In this document: positions 51,876-60,296 of the stretch, in pieces
Layout: every line of letters begins with the position of its first letter
How positions within the stretch are numbered: the stretch's first letter is position 1
Source of the DNA: an uncultured virus (IMG/VR IMGVR_UViG_3300020475_000546)
Lineage: Duplodnaviria > Heunggongvirae > Uroviricota > Caudoviricetes
Length of the DNA stretch: 64,000 nucleotides
Reading direction: 5' to 3' (one strand)
Virus record (IMG/VR): IMGVR_UViG_3300020475_000546
Span: 1 to 64,000 of that record
Program-made: the position numbers and the translations under genes
Notes under the pieces: model-generated
Told to the model about the DNA's origin: nothing
The model's input: the letters and a program-made list of their open reading frames with translations, nothing else
Database searches by the model: none

Positions 51876-53712
51876 GGAATGCCACCTTCACTATTTGCAC
51901 CTGTTCATGCTGAACGCCTATTGTCTTAGCGATGTTTCTCCAATCGCCCTTTGAGAATAATATGCTGATTACATCAGAAGTAGGTCTTTGAATGTGCGCC
52001 CCCATCATGGCTATGTCTGTTGGAGAGTTTATATCAAAAACAGGCACATCATAACTATCCTCTAAAACAGCCTTAGCAATCTCCATTTGCACATTTTCAA
52101 GATATTGCTCTATTTGATTTGCATCGTCAGAACGCAAGATAGTCCTGTTTCCGGCTATACGGCCAAGAATTGTAGCTATCTGATCCATAATACCGCCCCC
52201 GCCTATACCCTGTGCATCTGCACCCGTCAATGGTATATTTGTGTTTATACCGCTTTGGGGATTAAGAGTAGGTATTGGTGATGAAACTAATGGAGGTGGT
52301 GTGTTTGCTTCTGGTCGAGCTATTGGGGCTACAGGGGGTTCGGGGGCTTGGGGTGGCGGTGCGGTATGTACTGTAATCGGTTCGGGTCGTTGTAGTACCT
52401 CAGTCGGTTGTTGTACCGCAGCTTGTGAGGGGTCTAATGCCTCAGCTACATTTGGCGGTGGTGCATCGTCATACCATGTAGGTACTGCTGATGATTGAGT
52501 TACATGATGATTGAGTAGAGCTTCTAAGAATCTATTCTTGATACTACCACTTGTAGGCATACCGTTCTGCTTTCTACTTACATCTTCTACGAATTGTGAA
52601 GCTTCCATCTCATCCATGAAATGATGGTCGGTCAAATAGCCTACTACCTTTGGATTAGCCATTCCTGTATCTTTGTCATAGAATGAATGTCTTTGATTAG
52701 ATACCATATTTTTCAACCATGTGGTTTCTCTATGATCGGGGTGTATAACGGCTGAAGGGTTAGTCTGCGGAGCTTGAGTTACTTCGGGGTCAGTACCCTG
52801 CCTCATCTGCATTTCGTGTTCTATCTCCGCATCGGAGAACGGTTGCTCGCCATCATCTGGGCGTATAACACGGCCATAGGTTGATTCTTGGGCATGGTGA
52901 TGATGCCCAGTCATGTGGAATGCCCTGTTGTCTTGCATCCACATTTCCTTTGCGTGGTTCATGGCTGAAGATCTATCCAACCCCTGAGCAAGAGCTTGTT
53001 GAAAATGCTCACGAACTGCGGTATTCATCTGTAAAGCCTGATTATTGTCATTAAACGAAATCAGATTACGATTGCTAAGATCCTTATGCCCTCGGATATA
53101 CCTATCGTTTCTCTTTGTTTCTTCTCTCCCTGAACTTTGTAGTGCTTCTTCATAGGGTCTTGCCCAACCTTCTTCCCTTTTCGTATTAGAACTCGTTATA
53201 TGAGTAATCAATTGATTATTAGAATTAAAGGGGTTTGCGTTTTTTGTTCCCGGTAGGAGTACCTGCTTAGGTTCGGCAGAAGCACCATGTACCCAAGGCA
53301 CATTAACTTGAACAGAACCAGTCCTATCCGATTGGAACGCCATAGGCATAGGTGGTATTCCCCTACCTGCATTGATTTGATTTTGTTGTTGGATTGCAGT
53401 ATTGATGATAGGTGCGCCCGCTTGTATAGCTAACTTTGCGGCATTCTCAAACTGAGGGTCAGTAGGGCCACTATGCAATACCTCATACACTTCAGATGTA
53501 ATCAAGGCATTACGAATAGCCATGTCTATTGCGTCTATCTCAACCCCCGATAACAAACCTTCTCGAACATTATGATGGTCTAATTGCATTAAATCTTGAA
53601 CCGCAGCTCCCTGACCATTGACAAAGGACTCTATCACTTGGTCGAGGTCATACACTCCCCAACCCTTTTGGATAGTGAAATAATTAGGGTCAAACATCCA
53701 TGAACGGCTCAT
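51868..53712 (-). CDS. 614-aa hypothetical protein with a C-terminal HTH-like segment
   Basis: Long ORF; WRNIAKTIGVQHEQV. Confidence 0.6.
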   Translation of the reverse strand: MSRSWMFDPNYFTIQKGWGVYDLDQVIESFVNGQGAAVQDLMQLDHHNVREGLLSGVEIDAIDMAIRNALITSEVYEVLHSGPTDPQFENAAKLAIQAGAPIINTAIQQQNQINAGRGIPPMPMAFQSDRTGSVQVNVPWVHGASAEPKQVLLPGTKNANPFNSNNQLITHITSSNTKREEGWARPYEEALQSSGREETKRNDRYIRGHKDLSNRNLISFNDNNQALQMNTAVREHFQQALAQGLDRSSAMNHAKEMWMQDNRAFHMTGHHHHAQESTYGRVIRPDDGEQPFSDAEIEHEMQMRQGTDPEVTQAPQTNPSAVIHPDHRETTWLKNMVSNQRHSFYDKDTGMANPKVVGYLTDHHFMDEMEASQFVEDVSRKQNGMPTSGSIKNRFLEALLNHHVTQSSAVPTWYDDAPPPNVAEALDPSQAAVQQPTEVLQRPEPITVHTAPPPQAPEPPVAPIARPEANTPPPLVSSPIPTLNPQSGINTNIPLTGADAQGIGGGGIMDQIATILGRIAGNRTILRSDDANQIEQYLENVQMEIAKAVLEDSYDVPVFDINSPTDIAMMGAHIQRPTSDVISILFSKGDWRNIAKTIGVQHEQVQIVKVAFHE

Positions 53713-54884
53713 TTCTTGCCCACTACTCCCGCTACTAAGAGGGGAGTAGCATCATGATAGAACATCCAAGGCTTCTCATCGTTTTCTGTTCCGCCTTGAG
53801 GTGCGCTTGCAGTATCTTGACTAGGGGTAGCACCTGCCTTATCTTTTGCTTCGTTTTCGGGTGTCGCCTTCGTCAATTTTTCTAATTTCCTCATCAACGC
53901 CTCAATTTTCTTTTTGAGTCCGATAATTTCTGTTCTGTTTAAGCTACCTAAGCCACCTTTTGATTTTAGCATCTTTAACGGATCTTCCGAACCAAGAGGG
54001 TCGCCAAGCTGTTTGTCCGTGAGCTTATCGGGTTTTCTTGATTCCTCTCTCATAGGCATAGGCATCCTTGTTCCCATATTAGGAGAAGGTGGTAGCTTTG
54101 TTCCCCTGCCCTGTTTCATATCGGGCATTGGACTACCTGCACCCATTCGCCTCTTTGATTGCTGTTGGTTATATTGACCCGGATTGCGGAACTTTAGAGG
54201 CATCTGAGCTTCAGACCCCCTGCTTCTTGGCGGTGGTGCAGCCCCTCTCTTAGGCATCGGCATCTTCTTTTTTGCTTTCTTTTTGGCCTTGCCTTTCTTA
54301 GCAGGTCGCTTGTTAGACCTCTTTTCACGCTTGTTTGATTTCTTCTTAGGCTTTTCATCATCCTCGTCATCTTCATACTTGCGTGACTTGTACTTGTCTT
54401 TCGCAGCTTTGAGTAAATCTTCTGACTTGCCGAAGGCATTAGTAGTGCCTCGCCCATAATTCACATACGGTGTATCGCTTCTAACCGTGCCTCTATGTGC
54501 GCCAGCCGAGAAGGATAATCCTCTTGCACCCAAATCTACCCCCAATCTTGACTCAAGAAGTTTGTTTTCTTCTTCAAATCTCGGAGAACGCTCGATTACA
54601 TCAGACATAACTTCTGGTTTGATTTGTATGTGTTGTAGTCCGGGCATCAATTCCCTCAAAGCTCTTTCACGCCTCTTATCGGGGTCAGCTTGATCCCTGC
54701 TTTCTGTATCCTCAGTCGTGTTGCGAGAGTTATGAGCTAAATCATCATCATCTTCATTGGGGTTGATTTGCAGATCTAAGACCTGTCTTGGATTGAAACC
54801 ACCTGTCATCTCTTGGGTTCGTGGTCGCCATATATTCCCCATATCACGGGGATTAGCTGCTATTTTGACGATTTCATCAGTCAC
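53709..54884 (-). CDS. Lys/Pro-rich low-complexity protein
   Basis: Basic tract KKGKAKKKAKKK; overlapping junctions with neighbours. Confidence 0.6.
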   Translation of the reverse strand: MTDEIVKIAANPRDMGNIWRPRTQEMTGGFNPRQVLDLQINPNEDDDDLAHNSRNTTEDTESRDQADPDKRRERALRELMPGLQHIQIKPEVMSDVIERSPRFEEENKLLESRLGVDLGARGLSFSAGAHRGTVRSDTPYVNYGRGTTNAFGKSEDLLKAAKDKYKSRKYEDDEDDEKPKKKSNKREKRSNKRPAKKGKAKKKAKKKMPMPKRGAAPPPRSRGSEAQMPLKFRNPGQYNQQQSKRRMGAGSPMPDMKQGRGTKLPPSPNMGTRMPMPMREESRKPDKLTDKQLGDPLGSEDPLKMLKSKGGLGSLNRTEIIGLKKKIEALMRKLEKLTKATPENEAKDKAGATPSQDTASAPQGGTENDEKPWMFYHDATPLLVAGVVGKK

Positions 54885-55381
54885 TTATGCAACCCCCTTC
54901 TTGCTATGTCATCCTCTCTTCTGATTGCCTCTCTTGCTCTATCTCTTTCAAGTTGCCTAATACCTTTGAATGCCGTTGCGACACGCATGGGTAGGTTGAG
55001 ATACCAATGAGATAAAGATGGAACTCTCGCATAGGATTTAGCTAGTGGGAGATATGCGTTCTTGAGCTTGTTCATCTGCTTCATAACATCAACAAAGTCC
55101 ATTTGTTCGGTGCTTTGTTCGTCTAAGTATGAATAAATCGCAAATCTTGTGTTTATGTTATGACTGTATATTTCATGCGATACTTCTTCCGCCATATCGG
55201 TCAAACCAAAGGGTATCATTGATTCTCCCCATTCCTTGATTACATAGTCCATAGCGTCAAGCAATTCGAATAGACCATCGTATGTAGTAGGCAAATCGCC
55301 ATGCAATACTGATTCGTAGTTGCTATACGGCCCTTCCTTGAGCTGTAATTCCTCCGGCCTTCTTCCGATATGGTAGCTCAT
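54881..55381 (-). CDS. helical hypothetical protein
   Basis: 166 aa; ATGA overlap with the upstream gene. Confidence 0.6.
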   Translation of the reverse strand: MSYHIGRRPEELQLKEGPYSNYESVLHGDLPTTYDGLFELLDAMDYVIKEWGESMIPFGLTDMAEEVSHEIYSHNINTRFAIYSYLDEQSTEQMDFVDVMKQMNKLKNAYLPLAKSYARVPSLSHWYLNLPMRVATAFKGIRQLERDRAREAIRREDDIARRGLHK

Positions 55382-56088
55382 TCATCCATCACCCCCGCTT
55401 CTGCTAACATCTGCCTAATCGTTCTCCACTCGTCTGGTGCCTTCTCCGAGAAATACTCTTGCATTATGGTGATTACAGACACACTTTCAACCTTATCCAC
55501 TTCCTTGAGCTTATCCATCCATTTGGCTAACTCTCCCAATGTTTCACGGACTTCACGGTGCATCTTGATGGCTAAATCCAAATCCTTGCTTGATACCATA
55601 TCTGCATTCTCAACCATCTGTTCCTCTAATCGGTCTAAGTGCATAGATAGCAAAGTATCCATTCTATTCATGTTAGATTCAACACGATTCAAGCTATCGT
55701 GCGTAGTTTGAATTGCTTTCGGTATAACTTCGATATTTGCCTGTCTTTGGATTAGAGGCTTGGTATGTTTCTCCATGTGATGAGTAATGGTCAATTCGGG
55801 AATATCTAATTCTTCCGAAAAATCAATTATTGTAGCTCTATGGTCAAGAATGGCCGATTCTATTTCAGACCTTTCTGGATGAGTACAGACTGGGCAATCC
55901 ACATTTGACTCATTGAAGAAAGCACCTGCATGGTTTCTCATGTGCCTGTGAGCTAAACCATTAGCCCAACCTTGATCTCTATCTACATCATTAGTGTCAA
56001 GCTTCCCAGCTCTTATGTCTAATTCAATAGAATCTCTTTCTGGATGTTGGCAGAAGGGACAATTCTTGCGTATCCGCCTACCACCCAT
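55378..56088 (-). CDS. putative terminase small subunit (tandem CxxC-HP / HTH / HxxxH repeats plus coiled coil)
   Basis: Two CPxCxHPERxxIE...HxxxH repeats followed by an oligomerisation helix; first gene of the operon leading to TerL. Confidence 0.6.
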   Translation of the reverse strand: MGGRRIRKNCPFCQHPERDSIELDIRAGKLDTNDVDRDQGWANGLAHRHMRNHAGAFFNESNVDCPVCTHPERSEIESAILDHRATIIDFSEELDIPELTITHHMEKHTKPLIQRQANIEVIPKAIQTTHDSLNRVESNMNRMDTLLSMHLDRLEEQMVENADMVSSKDLDLAIKMHREVRETLGELAKWMDKLKEVDKVESVSVITIMQEYFSEKAPDEWRTIRQMLAEAGVMDE

Positions 56089-56105
56089 GTATTGCTTGAT
56101 GTTAT

Positions 56106-56119
56106 ACCATCGTTATTGG
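56106..56119 (-). promoter_or_regulatory. putative promoter CCAATAACGATGGT
   Basis: Variant of the repeated motif, 17 nt before the ATG at 56088. Confidence 0.5.
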
Positions 56120-56122
56120 CTA

Positions 56123-56524
56123 TTACGCTTCATGCTTGCGTAGATGTATGCCACAATAACCCTTTTGTGATTTGTCCGATATACGCCTTTGACACCTATT
56201 TCCAGATGATGTTACTGCTATGCACCTTTCTTCATCAGTTGGGTTTCGATAGCACTCAACGCACACCCCCGTTTGATACTTTGATTTCTTTTTCAATGGC
56301 TTCCCACACCGAGAACATTCTTTCTTGCGAGGCAATACTTGATCGGCTAAAGCGTGTAAATCATCAATCCCTAACTTGCCGTCATTATTCCTATCAGCTA
56401 CAGCCCTTATGTCTGCAAAATTGACCTTTCCATCCCTGTTAAAGTCAAGTGGTGAATACCCCTTGTTTTGAGAAGGCTGTTGATAGAAGGCCGCTGGTGT
56501 AGGTGGGCGGTACTGCCCCGCCAT
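56123..56524 (-). CDS. EF-hand pair plus zinc-finger protein
   Basis: DFNRDGKVNFAD and DRNNDGKLGIDD loops; CSRC..CVEC; RCIAVTSSGNRC..YCGIH. Confidence 0.7.
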   Translation of the reverse strand: MAGQYRPPTPAAFYQQPSQNKGYSPLDFNRDGKVNFADIRAVADRNNDGKLGIDDLHALADQVLPRKKECSRCGKPLKKKSKYQTGVCVECYRNPTDEERCIAVTSSGNRCQRRISDKSQKGYCGIHLRKHEA

Positions 56525-56541
56525 CGGCAAAGATGGGGGGC

Positions 56542-56796
56542 TTACCGAAAAGCCGCATATTGTCTAACTGCAAGGAAGAATGTAAAGAATACTCCAAATA
56601 TAGCAACCATAGAGAAAGTCGGATCCATAGACGGGCCTTTCCAAAGCATTACAGATGTAATTAGAAGCATGAAAGATATGATAAAAATCATCGTTGCACT
56701 TTCAACCAACATTTTGTTCGGTGCAAACATTTCCATTGTCGTATCAGCCATTGTCGTTCCATAAGGTGTTCTTTGTTCCCTATCTTCTTCCTTCAT
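56542..56796 (-). CDS. small two-TM membrane protein
   Basis: Two hydrophobic stretches of about 20 aa. Confidence 0.7.
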   Translation of the reverse strand: MKEEDREQRTPYGTTMADTTMEMFAPNKMLVESATMIFIISFMLLITSVMLWKGPSMDPTFSMVAIFGVFFTFFLAVRQYAAFR

Positions 56797-56957
56797 TATT
56801 CTTCTTCCCCCTTTGTTGAGCCGCCAAGACCCGAAAACATACTACTAACGAAAACCTTTCTTCGTCTATTCTTTTTCAAACGATACTTACCAGAAAGAAA
56901 ATGCTTCTTGCGAGCTTTGAACTTACTCCAGTATCTTGCTCTAACGCCTTCCTTCAT
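56796..56957 (-). CDS. 53-aa highly basic peptide (not in the ORF track)
   Basis: MKEGVRARYWSKFKARKKHFLSGKYRLKKNRRRKVF...; GAGGGG RBS; TAATG coupling to the next gene. Confidence 0.6.
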   Translation of the reverse strand: MKEGVRARYWSKFKARKKHFLSGKYRLKKNRRRKVFVSSMFSGLGGSTKGEEE

Positions 56958-56967
56958 TTGAATCCCC

Positions 56968-57606
56968 TCATATTAGAGCTGCTGCCCCTGCACCCATAGC
57001 ACCCATACCGCCTTGGTTCTGCATTTGCTGACCTAACAGGCCACCGACTAAGCTACCAAAGAATCCCGGTTGAGGGTTCATCATAGGGTTATGTGCTTGT
57101 AGTAGCATTTGTGTTTGTTGTTGATTCATCTGAAGCTGTTGTTGAGCTGATTGCCTCAAAGTCTGCAAAGTCAAAGCAAGGTTTTCAGGAGATAGTGTTG
57201 CTATGTTAGCGGGGAGCGTAGTTGTGTCTAAACTGAGCTTACCATCTTCACCTGCTGCAAGTTGAACATTAGAAAAGAAGTCCTTTAGCGATAGTGTAAC
57301 AATTTCTGCTACTAAATCCATCATCATGCTAAATTGATTAGCTACAATGAATTGATTTAGAGGGTCGTAATACTGCAACAATCTTGATGTGGCGATAACT
57401 GGGTCATTAGCCATCTGTTGCATCATGGGATTTTGCCCCATCTGTTGCATCATCATCGGATCCATCATTCCACCCGCAGCACCCATAGCACCCATTCCAC
57501 CTTGCATTCCATATCCTCCCATACCTGTCATTCCCATGCTATTTGATGCACCGAATTGTTGTGTTGGGGTTTCATTATTCCTGTTAAAAAACCAGCCCAT
57601 TTTCAT
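56968..57606 (-). CDS. Met/Gly/Gln-rich low-complexity protein with glycine-zipper-like C-terminus
   Basis: GMGG and MMQQ repeats; GFFGSLVGGLLG. Confidence 0.7.
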   Translation of the reverse strand: MKMGWFFNRNNETPTQQFGASNSMGMTGMGGYGMQGGMGAMGAAGGMMDPMMMQQMGQNPMMQQMANDPVIATSRLLQYYDPLNQFIVANQFSMMMDLVAEIVTLSLKDFFSNVQLAAGEDGKLSLDTTTLPANIATLSPENLALTLQTLRQSAQQQLQMNQQQTQMLLQAHNPMMNPQPGFFGSLVGGLLGQQMQNQGGMGAMGAGAAALI

Positions 57607-57615
57607 TTCTCCTTT

Positions 57616-58626
57616 CTAATTTGTTTGTTGCCCTACTCCCGTTGATTGAGGACTTTGATTAACCCCTGCCTGTGCAGACGGTATTGTATTTTGGGTCATA
57701 TTGGCGTTTTGAAGGCCAATCGCTTGCCTTTGGGACATAGCGTCACTCATCTGCAAAGCTCTAAGGTCAAATGTAACCGACACTAAATCGGCCACACCTG
57801 TTATTGGATTGGGATATTGAGTTAGGACAATGCCCTTCTTGTGTTTGGTGTCTTGCTGAATCATCTTGAAGAATGGTTCGTATTTTAACAAGGATTCTGT
57901 TGTTGAACGGTTTTGGGCAGAAGAACCCCCCATCAAAGCACTCATACCGGGAACTTTGAGAAACTTAGTACCTTTGCTGACTGGGCGTAAGCCATCGGCA
58001 GACATTTCATCCTCTTGCACTAGCTTTCTCAATGTATGATAAATATGCAGATGAGCCGGACATAGTGTGCTATTCATTTCATCACCATGATCGCCTCTTG
58101 TTCGAGCATGAGGGATTATTGAGTTGCCTGTTTCATCGTCAAACCAATACAAATCTGCTAAACTGACCTTACCGGGCAAATCATAATCAATAATTTGGGC
58201 GTAATCGTTATCCCCTTCAAGAAAACGCCTCACATCAACACCACAGCAAGCACACTCAAATGTTCCATTATATCTGTAAATACGCCAAAGACCCAACAAA
58301 TAGCTCGGTGGCCTCAACGCTTTTCGCAATTTCTTGATGTTTTTCTTTCGTGCCTTTTTGGGATTATCGGGGTTTTGCACCAATTGAACCTCAACCGTAG
58401 GTACTACTTCCTCAGCTCCACCGTAGCCACCAGTAGCTCCGGCACTTGCGATTTCAGCTCTTTGTTGGGCTTTCAACATAGGAAATGCAAGCCCTGTGTT
58501 GGCCGCTACCTGTTTTAATTGTTCATCGGTTAAACCTGCTAATTTTGCGTTGGGATTGCCCGCAATCCAGTTGGGCAAGATGTTGCCTGTCCAGCTCATG
58601 TTAGCTATCCCAACCTTGACAACCAA
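57616..58626 (-). CDS. hypothetical Zn-binding protein
   Basis: CACC and LCPAH; Gln-rich tail. Confidence 0.65.
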   Translation of the reverse strand: MVVKVGIANMSWTGNILPNWIAGNPNAKLAGLTDEQLKQVAANTGLAFPMLKAQQRAEIASAGATGGYGGAEEVVPTVEVQLVQNPDNPKKARKKNIKKLRKALRPPSYLLGLWRIYRYNGTFECACCGVDVRRFLEGDNDYAQIIDYDLPGKVSLADLYWFDDETGNSIIPHARTRGDHGDEMNSTLCPAHLHIYHTLRKLVQEDEMSADGLRPVSKGTKFLKVPGMSALMGGSSAQNRSTTESLLKYEPFFKMIQQDTKHKKGIVLTQYPNPITGVADLVSVTFDLRALQMSDAMSQRQAIGLQNANMTQNTIPSAQAGVNQSPQSTGVGQQTN

Positions 58627-58642
58627 TTAAGCATTCCGTGTT

Positions 58643-59371
58643 TTACAGTAGTTCTACAATAGATATTAACACCTTTTCCACATTTACGCCATGTTGTGCC
58701 GATATTGCATCTATATCGGCTCTAACTCCGGCCTTTCTAAGCCGTCTTAACTCGTTTCTAAAGGGGGCAACGATGGGATGTTCCCTTTGCAGGTTATTAT
58801 CCCAAAGGTATTGAGCTTGAGGCGACCACCATAAATCCATTTTATTCACTAAGAATACTACGACTTTCGGCATATAGTTGCTACGAGAAGTTTTTTTCGC
58901 CTTTCTGGATATGGCCGTGCTAACATCTTTTCGAGTTATGTTGTCTATTAAATATCTAAATGAAGCCAAAGAATCCTTAGCAAAAGACGGACTTGTTAAT
59001 ACTCTATGATCCACCATGAATATGACTATCTCGCACTTACGGCCAAACATATCTTCTATCCAGAGATTCCTAAATTGAGCTTGCCCTGCAATATCCGAAT
59101 TAGAAATTGGGATCCTATCTTTTTTGTATTTGATTAACTTTCTATGAGGTTTAGGGGCTTTGGCGTGACCATTGACCATAGGGTGGGATGTTCGCATCTC
59201 AATTGGTATCGGGTCTATGTCGCCCGGAACGGTCAGATATTGGTCTAATGTAGTCTTACCAGTCATACTTGGGCCGTATATTCCAATACGATATGGCCTA
59301 AGAATACGGTAAAACTTCTGCAAGGCGTGAACCGAGCTAATTAGCAGATGCCCTGCGATGACCGCACTCAT
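58643..59371 (-). CDS. Ras-superfamily small GTPase, Arf/Sar-like
   Basis: G1 GPSMTGKT, G3 DIAGQ(AQFRNLW), IVIFMVD, G4 NKMD, G5 SAQ; N-terminal amphipathic segment. Confidence 0.9.
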   Translation of the reverse strand: MSAVIAGHLLISSVHALQKFYRILRPYRIGIYGPSMTGKTTLDQYLTVPGDIDPIPIEMRTSHPMVNGHAKAPKPHRKLIKYKKDRIPISNSDIAGQAQFRNLWIEDMFGRKCEIVIFMVDHRVLTSPSFAKDSLASFRYLIDNITRKDVSTAISRKAKKTSRSNYMPKVVVFLVNKMDLWWSPQAQYLWDNNLQREHPIVAPFRNELRRLRKAGVRADIDAISAQHGVNVEKVLISIVELL

Positions 59372-59384
59372 ACGGCCAGCCCAC

Positions 59385-59606
59385 TCATATTTGGTCTTTC
59401 AAATACTCCCAAAGCCCGACTGGGGATGTTCCTAATTCGTCTAATATAATTAAGATGGCGAAAGTTCCGCCTATGCCTATTGCTAATGCTACAAATGTGC
59501 GAACCCAACCCGCCATTCGTTCCATTTTTCTTTCGTAGGAGTTTTCTGCTAATATCTGAGCCATTTCTGCTGCTTGTCTTTCTTGTCTTGTTGAAAACGG
59601 CCACAT
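59385..59606 (-). CDS. small membrane protein
   Basis: One TM (FVALAIGIGGTFAILIIL); MWPF N-terminus; RBS present. Confidence 0.7.
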   Translation of the reverse strand: MWPFSTRQERQAAEMAQILAENSYERKMERMAGWVRTFVALAIGIGGTFAILIILDELGTSPVGLWEYLKDQI

Positions 59607-59622
59607 TTAGTCCCCACCTACT

Positions 59623-60114
59623 TCAGTTGTTGGATCGCCCATCATCCTCATCTGAAGCAGGTGTGTTGGGAAGTCCAAATACATCTCTTCCTTGAGATTG
59701 TTGCTGCATAACAGCCATTTGCCCCTGTAGCTCTTGGTAATATTGTTGTTTTTGCATACGCCTGTTGGTCATTTGCATTTGATTTCTAAACCATTTGTCA
59801 TAACTCGCTTCCTTTGAAAACTCAGCTCTCATAGCCATACTATCTCTTATTCCGCCTACTTGGAACAGAACCATAGATGTGCATAAAAAGCCAAATGCGA
59901 TTAGTCCGTATTGTAATCCCATTTCGGCTGGTGTTGCATTCGGTAGATACCAATCTTTGTGAGATATGCCTACTGCAACGCCTGTAAGAAGCGATTGCCA
60001 TAGAAGCATAGCTATCAGATTAACATCAACCCTATTCCCTGTTTGTTCAGCTGGTGGTTGCCACATTGGTATTTGTGATGATCCATTCATTTTCTTATCC
60101 TTCCTTTTGCTCAT
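59623..60114 (-). CDS. two-TM membrane protein with Gln-rich coiled-coil tail
   Basis: Two hydrophobic segments; QMQM/QQY tail. Confidence 0.7.
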   Translation of the reverse strand: MSKRKDKKMNGSSQIPMWQPPAEQTGNRVDVNLIAMLLWQSLLTGVAVGISHKDWYLPNATPAEMGLQYGLIAFGFLCTSMVLFQVGGIRDSMAMRAEFSKEASYDKWFRNQMQMTNRRMQKQQYYQELQGQMAVMQQQSQGRDVFGLPNTPASDEDDGRSNN

Positions 60115-60238
60115 CTATGAGCCTAAAGTAGTGCTGCAACGCATGATTCACATACGATGATTTGGATTCTCGACCCCTTTCTTTCTCCATTCTGCGGTAT
60201 AATTCTTCCCACATCACTACCGATACATGACGGCTCAT
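60095..60238 (-). CDS. ribbon-helix-helix (CopG-like) transcription regulator
   Basis: MSRHVSVVMWEELYRRME..RG..SKSSYVNHAL fits strand-helix-helix; probable start 60238. Confidence 0.7.
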   Translation of the reverse strand: MSRHVSVVMWEELYRRMEKERGRESKSSYVNHALQHYFRLIDEQKEG

Positions 60239-60296
60239 CGTATCGGCCTGTAATATGAGAGCCTTATGAGCGTTGTTATAGATGACAGGGTTGAAA

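Noticed and set aside
59368..59604. 78-aa alternative-frame ORF
   Set aside because: Overlaps the better 59385-59606 membrane-protein gene, which has an RBS
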